Source: Candidatus Alloscybalousia sp. (GTDB lineage: Bacteria > Bacillota_I > Bacilli_A > RF39 > UBA660). From it: a DNA stretch of 64,000 nt. The notes under the pieces are model-generated. The model worked only from the letters and a program-made list of their open reading frames with translations. It searched no databases and was not told the DNA's origin. Where the stretch lies: positions 25,277 to 89,276 of the forward strand of contig JAZOBJ010000035.1 in NCBI GenBank assembly GCA_045595895.1. Direction: 5' to 3'. Both the position numbers and the translations under genes were made by a program. Of this stretch, positions 27,233 to 36,781 are shown one piece after another; within the stretch, counting starts at the first letter, position 1; each line of letters starts with the position of its first letter.

Positions 27233-29164
27233 TTAGAATATCCAAGTTGATAACCATCTAATACTATTTATGTAATCTTCACTAGTAAACATTCCTGATA
27301 TAACCGGATAAAATATAGCAAATAATAAAATTACTAATGCTACATAGAATATGTAGAAACTATTACTCTTTATCTTTTCTGTTATCCATTTAACAAATGC
27401 CACTATTGCTAGCATTATAAATGGTAAAACTGGGAAGTAGTGATACATAAACATAGCTCGATTTATAAATATATATGGTAACCAATTACATGCTATGAAT
27501 GCTAGTATAAATAGGCATTCTTTATTCTTTTTGCTTACTGATTCGATAATTACATAAATCATAGCTATAATTCCAAACCACCATATTGCAGGATTACCAA
27601 TACCTACTATTGTAGCTCTAATATTTTCACTTAAACTACCTGCATAATACCATACAGGTTTTATCATAGCTGGCCATTCATACCAATTAGATTGGAAGTT
27701 ATGTCCTTCTGTTAGAGTTGAATGATATCCAAACATATCTTTCGTTTGATTAATAATTCCTGCAATACTATTATTATCGTAGTTATATACATTTGGGAAT
27801 AATAAATAGCTTAACAGATAAATAATTAATGGAATTAATATAAAGAATACTAAACAACTAACAAACAATTTCCATAAACTTTTATCTTTCTTTAAAAGAT
27901 TAATAATTAGTATTGCTACTGCAATTAATACTGCTAGTACGTAATAAATAAATATTAATGATGTTGCAATTGACATTGTTGCAAAATATAGTGCTGCATA
28001 GTAGATAATTATTGGTACTATTCCTAAAACAAATAATAAATATAGTACTTTTCTTAATAGTTCATCTTTTTCTGCTTTCTTTCTTTTATCAGTATATTCA
28101 TATAATAAATCAACAAAGAAAACTATTGCTAATCCTAGTCCAGCATATAATCCTGTCCATTTTGTACAAATGGCTAATCCCATAAATAAACCAGACCAGA
28201 ACAGATTTTTCATTTTAGATGTTAATGGGGCTTTTTTATCTATTGATATATATTGATACATAAATAATGATGCTAATATTATAAATAATACTAAGAAACT
28301 ATCAACAGTCCCCATTCTTGTTTGTGCAAAATGGAAACAATCAAATGTCATTAATATTCCTGCTAACGATGCCCATTTGCGATTTTTAAATATTCTTTTA
28401 GCAAAAACATAAATAACAGGAATCATAGCTATACCTGCTAAACATCCCATCAAACGATAACTAAATGTACTCATTCCAAATAATAAAATTGGAATTGCCA
28501 TTATTAGTTTTCCTAATGGTGGATGAACCCATTCCATTGTGTCTATTCCATTTACATATTCATAGGCACTACGTGCAAAATATACTTCATCAAAGTAACT
28601 ACTATTAATATTACTTATTGTAGCTGGGACAGTGTCACTTTCATCAGCAATTACTACACTTTGATCATCTGTTGCCATTATTGCTACTTTTTTGCCATAT
28701 TTATTATATAGTTGAATTTCTCCTAAAAAACTTCCTGCTGTCGTTGAAACAATTTTTAAATTTTTAATACTATTATTTTTAGTAATTTCTAAATCTTCCC
28801 AGGCAAAGGCAGATTCAGCTTTGATTGTAGCTATTTCTTTATATGTTTCTCCATCACTAGAAGCTAGTACATTAAAACTTCCAGTTTCTGAACCATTATA
28901 ATAACGTATTTTTGAAATTTCTTGATTAGAACCTGATATTATAACGCCAATCGATTCACCACTATAAGTAAAATTATAAAAAGTTTGTGGGTTTTTAAAA
29001 GTTCCTAAATGATAAAAAGAAATTATTGTATAAATAGCCATTAATATACCCATGATAATTAAATCTTTTTTATCAATTTTCCAATTTTCATGGTTTTTAG
29101 CTAATAATCTGTTTCTTTCTTTTTTAAACTTTTTTCTTTCTTCCCTATCTTTATTCTTTACCAT
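27233..29164 (-). CDS. GT39 (PMT-like, dolichyl/polyprenyl-phosphate-mannose) family membrane glycosyltransferase with an extra N-terminal TM plus extracellular module
   Basis: Loop-1 DE motif and downstream signature FDEVYFARSAYEY...MEWVHPPLGKLIMA, followed by more than 10 TM helices. The first about 190 aa (one TM plus soluble segment) is additional to the canonical PMT fold. Confidence 0.55.
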   Translation of the reverse strand: MVKNKDREERKKFKKERNRLLAKNHENWKIDKKDLIIMGILMAIYTIISFYHLGTFKNPQTFYNFTYSGESIGVIISGSNQEISKIRYYNGSETGSFNVLASSDGETYKEIATIKAESAFAWEDLEITKNNSIKNLKIVSTTAGSFLGEIQLYNKYGKKVAIMATDDQSVVIADESDTVPATISNINSSYFDEVYFARSAYEYVNGIDTMEWVHPPLGKLIMAIPILLFGMSTFSYRLMGCLAGIAMIPVIYVFAKRIFKNRKWASLAGILMTFDCFHFAQTRMGTVDSFLVLFIILASLFMYQYISIDKKAPLTSKMKNLFWSGLFMGLAICTKWTGLYAGLGLAIVFFVDLLYEYTDKRKKAEKDELLRKVLYLLFVLGIVPIIIYYAALYFATMSIATSLIFIYYVLAVLIAVAILIINLLKKDKSLWKLFVSCLVFFILIPLIIYLLSYLLFPNVYNYDNNSIAGIINQTKDMFGYHSTLTEGHNFQSNWYEWPAMIKPVWYYAGSLSENIRATIVGIGNPAIWWFGIIAMIYVIIESVSKKNKECLFILAFIACNWLPYIFINRAMFMYHYFPVLPFIMLAIVAFVKWITEKIKSNSFYIFYVALVILLFAIFYPVISGMFTSEDYINSIRWLSTWIF

Positions 29165-29274
29165 ACTAAAAGCCTCCTATATTATTATTATAAAACAAAA
29201 AGAATTATCTTCCAAGATAATTCTTCATTTTTTTACTTTTAATTTTTTCTTATTGAATTTGATTTATTAGATGG

Positions 29275-29766
29275 TTATTTAATAAAAACAGTTATAGGCC
29301 CTCGCTCATTTACATATTTGCTTACTACTTTATACCCATCTTTTAAAATATTTCTTATTGAATATATGTTATCAGAATGTGCCTTTGTAAACATATGTGT
29401 TTTTCCTATGCTTTTTGCATATTGATTCAATATATTCATCATATCTTTCTGTAATCCATTACCAATATATTCTATTCTAACCATTATTGGTCCTAAACTT
29501 CCTGTGACGGATTCATCATATTCTATATTATATTTTCTTAACGTTTGATTTGAAGTCGGAATATAAAACATTGAACATACCGGGGTGTCATTATCGTAGT
29601 ATATCCATATTTTACCGCCTATTTTCAGAATGTCCTCTATTTCATTTTTTGTGAAAGTTCCCAACCATTCTGGGTGTTCCATATTTTCTCTAACATAATT
29701 ATATAAAAATAGGTATTCATCTATGTTAATGTTATTGCTAATCTCTTTAAAATCAGTTAATTTCAT
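29275..29766 (-). CDS. Putative GNAT-family acetyltransferase
   Basis: VRIEYIGNGLQKDMMNILNQYAKSIG resembles GNAT motif A (Q/RxxGxG/A). 163 aa. Confidence 0.4.
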   Translation of the reverse strand: MKLTDFKEISNNINIDEYLFLYNYVRENMEHPEWLGTFTKNEIEDILKIGGKIWIYYDNDTPVCSMFYIPTSNQTLRKYNIEYDESVTGSLGPIMVRIEYIGNGLQKDMMNILNQYAKSIGKTHMFTKAHSDNIYSIRNILKDGYKVVSKYVNERGPITVFIK

Positions 29767-29794
29767 AATATCACATCCTATATTGATTATATCA

Positions 29795-29824
29795 AAAAAA
29801 GACTAGATTTCTCCAGTCTTTATT
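29795..29824 (-). terminator. Rho-independent terminator downstream of the EAL gene
   Basis: AAAGACTAGA-TTTCTCC-AGTCTTT hairpin followed on the minus strand by UUUUUUUGAU. Confidence 0.55.
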
Positions 29825-29995
29825 TTATTAATTGTTTTCTTTTACTATAGCTTGTACCGCCACATGTTTGTGGGAACTTTTATTCAATGTATAATTAAGC
29901 ATTAATATTTTTATAGTTATTATTACATATTTTTCAAACCTGTCAAAATTTAGATAACCATAATCTAATTGTGTGAAATATCACTTATTAAAACT

Positions 29996-30955
29996 TTATT
30001 TATTATATTTTTTATAAAGTAATCTTTTCTCATAATTCGCCTTAGGTAATGGTTTATCATAATAATATCCTTGAATAATGTCACAATTAATACTTTTTAA
30101 ATAATTTAATTGATCCTCATTTTCTATTCCTTCGCATATTACTGTTTTACCTAGTTTTTTCATCATATCTATAGTCGATGATAAAATAATTCTGCCATTT
30201 TCAGTATTATATTTATCAACAAATGATTTATCCATTTTTATAATATCGAATGGCACTTGTAATAATAATTCTAATGAAGAATATCCCTTACCATAATCAT
30301 CTATTGATACTTTAATACCATATAGATGTAAAATTTCTACAAATTTATTAATTATTGTATAATCTTCAAGCGTTCCTGCTTCAGTAAATTCTATTTCAAT
30401 ATATTTGGTATCAATACCATAGCTAAAGATTGTACTAATAATTCTTTTAATAAAACTAAAATCTTCTTTTTGATCTATAAAATGATATCTTGAAAAATTA
30501 ATTGATACAGTTACTGGCTCAATTCCTTTTTCTAATTGTTCTTTAATATCTTTACATACTTTATTTAATATATAAAAATCTAATTCGCATACATATCCAT
30601 ATTGTTCTAATATTGGAATGAATTTATTAGGCGGCAAAATTTTTCCATCATTAGTAAACCACCTAGATAATGCTTCTGATGAACATATAGTGTTATTACT
30701 TATATCTACTTTAGGTTGATAATATGGTTCTATTTTTCTATCATTTAAATCTGCAAAAAAAGTTTTTTGTACTAATCTAGATAACTCTATTTTTTCTTTT
30801 ATTTCTTCAGCTAGTTCATCAACATTTACATTATTTATATTTAAGCGTGGAGAAATATCTGAAAATAATTTATTCAATTCCATAATCAAATCATTAATAT
30901 TAATATAATCATTTTCAAATTTTTGAAAAATTAATTTTAATAAATCATTATACAT
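29996..30955 (-). CDS. EAL-domain c-di-GMP phosphodiesterase
   Basis: EALSRW (EALxR), DDYGKGYSS (DDFGTGYSS) and KMDKSFV (KxDxxF) motifs. 319 aa, cytoplasmic. Confidence 0.85.
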   Translation of the reverse strand: MYNDLLKLIFQKFENDYININDLIMELNKLFSDISPRLNINNVNVDELAEEIKEKIELSRLVQKTFFADLNDRKIEPYYQPKVDISNNTICSSEALSRWFTNDGKILPPNKFIPILEQYGYVCELDFYILNKVCKDIKEQLEKGIEPVTVSINFSRYHFIDQKEDFSFIKRIISTIFSYGIDTKYIEIEFTEAGTLEDYTIINKFVEILHLYGIKVSIDDYGKGYSSLELLLQVPFDIIKMDKSFVDKYNTENGRIILSSTIDMMKKLGKTVICEGIENEDQLNYLKSINCDIIQGYYYDKPLPKANYEKRLLYKKYNK

Positions 30956-30966
30956 ACGTCGACCGC

Positions 30967-32810
30967 CTATCTTACTTTTTTCTTTTGTTTGGCAGCATAC
31001 ATATCTTTATCGGCTATATCAATAAGTTTTAAAAGTGATAAATCATTTTCATTATCTATTGCAATAATTCCTATACTAGCATTTAATCTAAATGGCGAAT
31101 ATTCAAAATAATTACTTTCATTTAATTCATCAATAAAATCATTTAATTCTTTAACAAAATTTTCAGCATCTTCTTTAGTGGCATTTGCCCCAAAAATTAC
31201 AAATTCATCGCCTCCAAATCTCATCATTAAATAATTATATTTTTGGTTTATATGTGTTAATGCGTTAGCATAATCACTTATAAAAACATCTCCATACTTA
31301 TGTCCTAAACTATCATTTATATATTTTAATCCATCTAAATCAGCAAAGATCAAAAACATTGGTTCATTTAAATATTTAGAACGTGCATATATTTTATCAG
31401 CTTTATCAAAGAATCCTTTTCTATTAAACAGTTTAGTAAGAGTATCATGACTACTTACTTCTTCTAACTCTTTATACATTTGTTTCATTTTCTTATAAGT
31501 ATTAATAGCTTCTAATGAATTAGCTATATTATTAATAAAAGTTCTAAATAATTCATTGTATAATGGTCCCATATAATTATTTGTTATTACATAACCATAA
31601 TAATTGTTTAAATAATGTAGCGGAATTATTATAGAAAAATTACCTGGTTCTGTGTTTTTTAATTCAGGCATAATATCTTTTTTATCAATTGTTTCATTAA
31701 TACACATATCATCTTCTAATACATAATGTAATGGTACAGTTAATTCAGTATTTCCAATATTCTCATCAATGCACATACAAAATTCAGTTACTTTAAATTT
31801 TTTTAAATATTTTGGTATTAAAGCAATTAATTTTTCAATTGAATCAGCTGCAACAAATTCTGACGCCGAATCATTTATAAACTTTGAATATTTTAAATGT
31901 TCAATATTTTCTATTGCATAATTTTTATATTTTTGCATTAACTCGCTATCATCCAACTCTTGATAATTTATACAACAACTTTTTCTAAATTTTGGTATAG
32001 CTTTTACTATTTCATCTTCAGCTACTTCGTTTTTTGATAACGCTAATAATTTATTAAATGCTATTAATCCAATATAATCTTCCTGTCTTTCCACTGATGT
32101 TATACTTGGTAAATTATATTTTGCTTGAGCGATATCATCAAATCCAGTCAATAAACAATCGTCTGGTATTTTATAACCTAATTTTGTTAATTCATTATAA
32201 GCACCTAAAGCCATTTGATCATTTGCACATATGTACACATCAGCATCCAATAAATTTTTACTTTGAAAATAATCTATTGCACAACTTCCACTATCAGCTA
32301 AAAAATCTCCATAATAAATTCTATTTTCATCTAATTCTATATTATTTTCTTCTAATATTTTCTTACAGCCATATAATCTTTTTTGAGTATCTGAACTGTT
32401 AATAGGCCCACCAATAAAATTAACCTTTTTTACGTTATGTACTTTTATTAGATGATCCATAATTTCTATCATTGCATAATAATTATCAGTTGAAATATTA
32501 GTACCAATTTTTATATCATAATCTATACTAACTATATTTTTGTTAAACGTTCTAATTTTTTCAATTAATCTTTCTCTTAATTCTTGACTGTAAATTGTTT
32601 CGGAATATAGAATAAATCCATCATATGAATCCATATCAATCCTATTAATATATTCAAATTCACCTTGGTTGTAACTTACTTCATCGGAACTAAAAAATGA
32701 AAATATATTAAAATCAATATTATGCTTTTTGCATTCTTCATATATACTTAATATAACTTTTCTTTGCGTATCTAGATGAATTTGTCCTAAAAACATTGCA
32801 ATTTTTTTCA
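30967..32810 (-). CDS. Sensor diguanylate cyclase: periplasmic-binding-protein (LacI/PBP type 1)-like ligand-binding domain fused to GGDEF
   Basis: Start set at MKKIAMFLGQ (GGGGGGAA RBS). The N-terminal about 300 aa resembles a sugar-binding PBP1 fold (..ANDQMALGAYNELTKLGYKIPDDCLLTGFDD). C-terminal RFGGDEFVIF. Confidence 0.7.
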
Positions 32811-33003
32811 TGATATTCCCCCCCGTTAAAAACTTTTCGATTACTTTATCACATTTCTCAAAAAAAATCAATAAAAAAGGATTAAGCAAAAGCTTAACCT
32901 TTTAATTATTTATTTATTTTCTTGAACTACAGCTTGTACCACAGTTTAGTTCGGGATGCCATAATATAAATTTAAGTTAGATGACTTTTTTTACATCTAA
33001 ATG

Positions 33004-33303
33004 TTAATCACTAATTCTTACGTTAACCCCATCTATATTTTTATATACACGTTTTTCGTTTTTAGAAACCTTTTTTTCAATTTCGTCTGCTAAATCAAAA
33101 CCTAGCATTTCAGATAATCCCATTAAGTAAATAGCAATATCAGCTAATTCTTCATTCAAATCATCTTTTTTCTTTTTCCAAGCATCATATGCTTCAGACA
33201 CTTCCCCATACAGTAAACAAAATTCTTTATTTACATCTGTTGTATTAAATCCTTTGTTTAATTTATTTTGCCAAATATCTTTTTGAATCTTTTTTAATTC
33301 CAT
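33004..33303 (-). CDS. MazG-like all-alpha NTP pyrophosphohydrolase domain protein
   Basis: Start at MELKKIQ (AAGGAGG 6 nt upstream). CLLYGEVSEAYDAWKK...LNEELADIAIYLMGLSEMLGFDL carries the EExxE/D metal-binding helix pattern of MazG/YpjD-type enzymes. Confidence 0.55.
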   Translation of the reverse strand: MELKKIQKDIWQNKLNKGFNTTDVNKEFCLLYGEVSEAYDAWKKKKDDLNEELADIAIYLMGLSEMLGFDLADEIEKKVSKNEKRVYKNIDGVNVRISD

Positions 33304-34852
33304 GTTTTTCCTCCTTAAATTCATTGTAATATTCTATTACCTTATTAACATTATACTCTAAAAATTTATTTAATTCAATCTCACTAAGCGTTTTATCGTT
33401 AACAATAGTATATACTGGAATAATTCGTTCATCAACTAATAAATATCCAAAAGTTTCACCCATTTTTGTATATTCAAATATGTCTTTTGAGTATACATTG
33501 TTCATAGTATCATCAGAAACATAATGCCCACCATTCTCAAATCTTATTCTGTTTCTATTTTTTCTTGTTTCTAAACTAGAAACTAAATTAACAATAATAC
33601 AATTGTCACTATTTTGCAAATCGTTTATAAAACTTTTTATACTACGAAAATATGCATTTTCAGAAAATTCTAATTCGTATAACTGATCCCTGCCTCTTGA
33701 AAATTGAATTATATTATGTGTTTCTGAATTTACAACTGCCATTTGAATTATATAATCCCATAGAATAGGTCTTATTATATCGTGTCCATCTCCCAGCTTT
33801 GCTGGTTTAGTATAGTGACTGATTGAATTTATATTATCATTATACTCTTCCCATATTTTATTAATATATCTAAGTTCATTTTTAATTTTTTTAAATTCCT
33901 CTATTTTATTTTGATATAGTAAATCATCTAGCATAAACGTTTCTAATAATGGCGCTAAATCATCTATATCTGAATATATATTATAGTAGTTTTTAAAATA
34001 ATCAATAAATGTTGTTTTTCCAGCACAAGAATTACCTATAACAATAATATTATTAGGAAGTAATTTTGATTTGGTAGTATTATCTATACATGATTGTATA
34101 GATAATAAAGGTCCTATATTTTCTATAGATTTGCTAGAATTATAAATTCCTTGTGAAATAGACTCATCTATATCTTGAGTAATTATATATTTTGATAAGA
34201 ATCCACCAATAAAAGAATCTCCAGCACCAGTAGTAGATTTAATATTATTGTTGTTCGTCACATTATAACTAATTGTATTAGTTGGCGTTATTGCAATGAC
34301 AGGCTTGTTTTCATTTGTTACTATTACTAACGGTATATCTTTTACATATTTTTTTATTATATTGTACTCATTAATATTACAAAATAAGATTTCTATTTTT
34401 GAAGCATATTTTTCTATTATAGGTATAAAATCTACAACACTATGTATCATTACATCTATCGAAAGATGATTATAATTCAATAATTTATTTTCTAAAATTC
34501 TTTGGACATCTACACCTTTTCTTAATGATATATGTAAATGATTGACAGCTATTTTTGTTTCTAATTTAATTATATCTGTATTATAAAATTGTGATTCACA
34601 AGTGGCTTTTGATTCATCAATTATAAACTCTGTCATCCTATCAACGATAGTTCCATAAAACTCTATTTGCTTTTCTTTTAATAGTAAACGTGTATCACTA
34701 TCCACTTTACTTATTATTGCGATTCTACCATCATAAGAAGTTCTCGAAGAAAAGCTCGAATATATACAACTTCCTCCTAATGTATTGTAAATTCCGTTAT
34801 TTACAATGATTTTATCATTGGAAGAATTACCTACATAACATAAATCAATCAT
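33263..34852 (-). CDS. Fusion protein: N-terminal PfkB-family (ribokinase/nucleoside kinase-like) domain plus C-terminal P-loop NTPase/kinase domain
   Basis: PfkB signature NIKSTTGAGDSFIGGFLS at about residue 200. Walker A IIVIGNSCAGKTTFIDYF at about residue 265, followed by an about 250-aa kinase-like region (FSRGRD). Confidence 0.55.
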   Translation of the reverse strand: MIDLCYVGNSSNDKIIVNNGIYNTLGGSCIYSSFSSRTSYDGRIAIISKVDSDTRLLLKEKQIEFYGTIVDRMTEFIIDESKATCESQFYNTDIIKLETKIAVNHLHISLRKGVDVQRILENKLLNYNHLSIDVMIHSVVDFIPIIEKYASKIEILFCNINEYNIIKKYVKDIPLVIVTNENKPVIAITPTNTISYNVTNNNNIKSTTGAGDSFIGGFLSKYIITQDIDESISQGIYNSSKSIENIGPLLSIQSCIDNTTKSKLLPNNIIVIGNSCAGKTTFIDYFKNYYNIYSDIDDLAPLLETFMLDDLLYQNKIEEFKKIKNELRYINKIWEEYNDNINSISHYTKPAKLGDGHDIIRPILWDYIIQMAVVNSETHNIIQFSRGRDQLYELEFSENAYFRSIKSFINDLQNSDNCIIVNLVSSLETRKNRNRIRFENGGHYVSDDTMNNVYSKDIFEYTKMGETFGYLLVDERIIPVYTIVNDKTLSEIELNKFLEYNVNKVIEYYNEFKEEKHGIKKDSKRYLAK

Positions 34853-35346
34853 TTTCTCACCAATTTCTTTACTTGACTTCTAACTTGTTCAATATTTGCT
34901 TCATGAGTATTTATAGCAATTACATCTATAAATTTAGAAGAATATTCCATAATTTCATCATATTTTTTATTTAATTCTTCATAATGATTTGCAATAACTT
35001 CATAATCACTTTTTTCATCATTTCTTCTTTTTAATAAAACATCTTTAGGAGCTGTTAAATAAATAATTTTAGCTCCAGCATTTTTATATGCAACTAATAG
35101 TTTTGTGTAATCTTCAAGGCTTAATTTACATTTATTCCTTATAACCGGTCCATAAACCATTTCACTAATAAATGATCTATCTAGCACCAATTCACTATCA
35201 TCTTCTAATAAAACTTTCATGTATTTTGAGAATAAATCCATGTTTTTTGAATCATAATCAAAATGATATTTTTTCATTCCATAACTTTGTAAATGTTCAA
35301 CTAAAGTTGTTTTACCTACACCATCTATACCTTCTATTATTAACAT
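34849..35346 (-). CDS. Thymidylate-kinase-like small P-loop (d)NMP kinase
   Basis: MLIIEGIDGVGKTT matches the Tmk EGxDGxGKST P-loop. About 165 aa, with a lid-like region. Confidence 0.55.
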   Translation of the reverse strand: MLIIEGIDGVGKTTLVEHLQSYGMKKYHFDYDSKNMDLFSKYMKVLLEDDSELVLDRSFISEMVYGPVIRNKCKLSLEDYTKLLVAYKNAGAKIIYLTAPKDVLLKRRNDEKSDYEVIANHYEELNKKYDEIMEYSSKFIDVIAINTHEANIEQVRSQVKKLVRK

Positions 35347-35366
35347 TAGAATTCCCCCTTTAACTA

Positions 35367-36128
35367 TTATTTCCTACATTTGCATTTTACTTCAACGCAA
35401 TCTCTTAATGGACAATTTTCAGGATTATGTTTATTGCAAAAATAGCGTTTATAATAAATAAGAACTAAATGACAAAACCATGTAGCATTATCATAATTTT
35501 CTACTTTAAGTTCTTCATATCCATTTTGTTTTATTATTTCTTCCACATTATTATTCTTTACTAATACTTCTAATTCTTTTCTTAAAATATCGTGCCCTAA
35601 TGCATTTTTATATTGTTCAAATCCTAAACAAGGTAATTCTACATCCTTCATACCACTATCCACTGGTATTATACCTGAATAATATCCTCTTATGTACAAA
35701 ACACAACATTGTGCTACTTTGTAAGATGCACCACTAACATTATCAGCAATTAGTTTAATCAATTCATCATTAGATAATGTTTTTATTTCATTATCATATT
35801 TTTCTATAAAATCAATCATTGATGACAAATATTTATATCTTGTATTTGACAATCCTAATCCTTTAATTATATTAATGATTTCATCTTCCGTCATATTTTT
35901 GATTTCATCATAAGTGTAACTATTTAAATCATTTATTACTTTTCTATAACTATCTATCATATTATAAGAGATTCTAGTAGAAAGACCCGCAATCAATAAT
36001 CTTTTTCTATAATCCTCTACTTCTAGAGGCCACCATAAGTTATTATTGTGATTCTTTTTTACTGCATTTCTGACTTCTTCCTGATTACTACATATATCAA
36101 TAATCTTTTTAAATTCTTCTCTCGTCAT
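35367..36128 (-). CDS. Endonuclease III/MutY-family-like HhH-GPD DNA glycosylase with a C-terminal 4-Cys (Fe-S-like) loop
   Basis: LLIAGLSTRIS...IINIIKGLGLSN aligns with EndoIII helices. HhH-GPD segment VSGASYKVAQCCVLYIRGYYSGIIPVDSGMKDV (Lys and Asp present). C-terminal C-x7-C-x4-C-x4-C (CNKHNPENCPLRDCVEVKC). Confidence 0.5.
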   Translation of the reverse strand: MTREEFKKIIDICSNQEEVRNAVKKNHNNNLWWPLEVEDYRKRLLIAGLSTRISYNMIDSYRKVINDLNSYTYDEIKNMTEDEIINIIKGLGLSNTRYKYLSSMIDFIEKYDNEIKTLSNDELIKLIADNVSGASYKVAQCCVLYIRGYYSGIIPVDSGMKDVELPCLGFEQYKNALGHDILRKELEVLVKNNNVEEIIKQNGYEELKVENYDNATWFCHLVLIYYKRYFCNKHNPENCPLRDCVEVKCKCRK

Positions 36129-36139
36129 GCTTACCTCCT

Positions 36140-36781
36140 TTAAATATTATTGTCTCTTTTAATCTTTGCAAATAAGCTTGAATTGCTCGAAATAATTTGT
36201 GTATTCAACTTATATTCTAAGTTCTCTATTATGCCAATTGTAGGTAAATTTGTACAAGATATAATAATATTTTCGTATTCATTTAAGTAATTTTCTTTTA
36301 TTAATTTTTCTAATTCATTTATTCCATAATTAAAATAATCTGCTGTATGTAATAAATCTAAATTTATATTTTTTATAACTTTTATTCCATTATCTTCTAA
36401 CATTTTTGCTATTTCTTTTCCTAATTTATCATTATATGGTGTTATTAATAAACATTTTTTAATATTTCTTATTTTTGATTCCTCAATCAATGAAATAGTT
36501 GGATTTATTTCCTCTACTCCATTTTCTAATGCTGAAGTAGTACAAAAGAATGCATTATAATCAACATCTAAATATTCTAAGTCTTTTTTCTTATTATTTA
36601 TATCTGTAGCAAGATCTTCTAGAAACTTTATTTTATCTTCCTTATAATTTGTTTTATAATCTAGTTTAGATATATAAAATACACTTTTTCCTATATCAAA
36701 ATATCCTTTACTAAAAAGCATTTGCAATTCATATTCAACAGTCAAATTAGTTTTAGGTATTAATAATCCTATTTTTTTCAT
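36140..36781 (-). CDS. Asp/Glu/hydantoin racemase superfamily protein (maleate-isomerase/arylmalonate-decarboxylase-like fold)
   Basis: MKKIGLLIPKTNLTVEYE and IISCTNLPTIGIIENLEYKLNTQIISSNSS match the two-Cys signatures of this superfamily. Confidence 0.5.
   Translation of the reverse strand: MKKIGLLIPKTNLTVEYELQMLFSKGYFDIGKSVFYISKLDYKTNYKEDKIKFLEDLATDINNKKKDLEYLDVDYNAFFCTTSALENGVEEINPTISLIEESKIRNIKKCLLITPYNDKLGKEIAKMLEDNGIKVIKNINLDLLHTADYFNYGINELEKLIKENYLNEYENIIISCTNLPTIGIIENLEYKLNTQIISSNSSLFAKIKRDNNI

Noticed and set aside
32811-33003. Possible c-di-GMP riboswitch upstream of the sensor-GGDEF gene
   Set aside because: I looked for GEMM/c-di-GMP-I hallmarks (GNRA tetraloop-receptor, GGGACGCAAAGCC-like core) and found nothing similar by eye; only a palindrome and a weak promoter-like stretch. 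Needs an Rfam scan to be sure.
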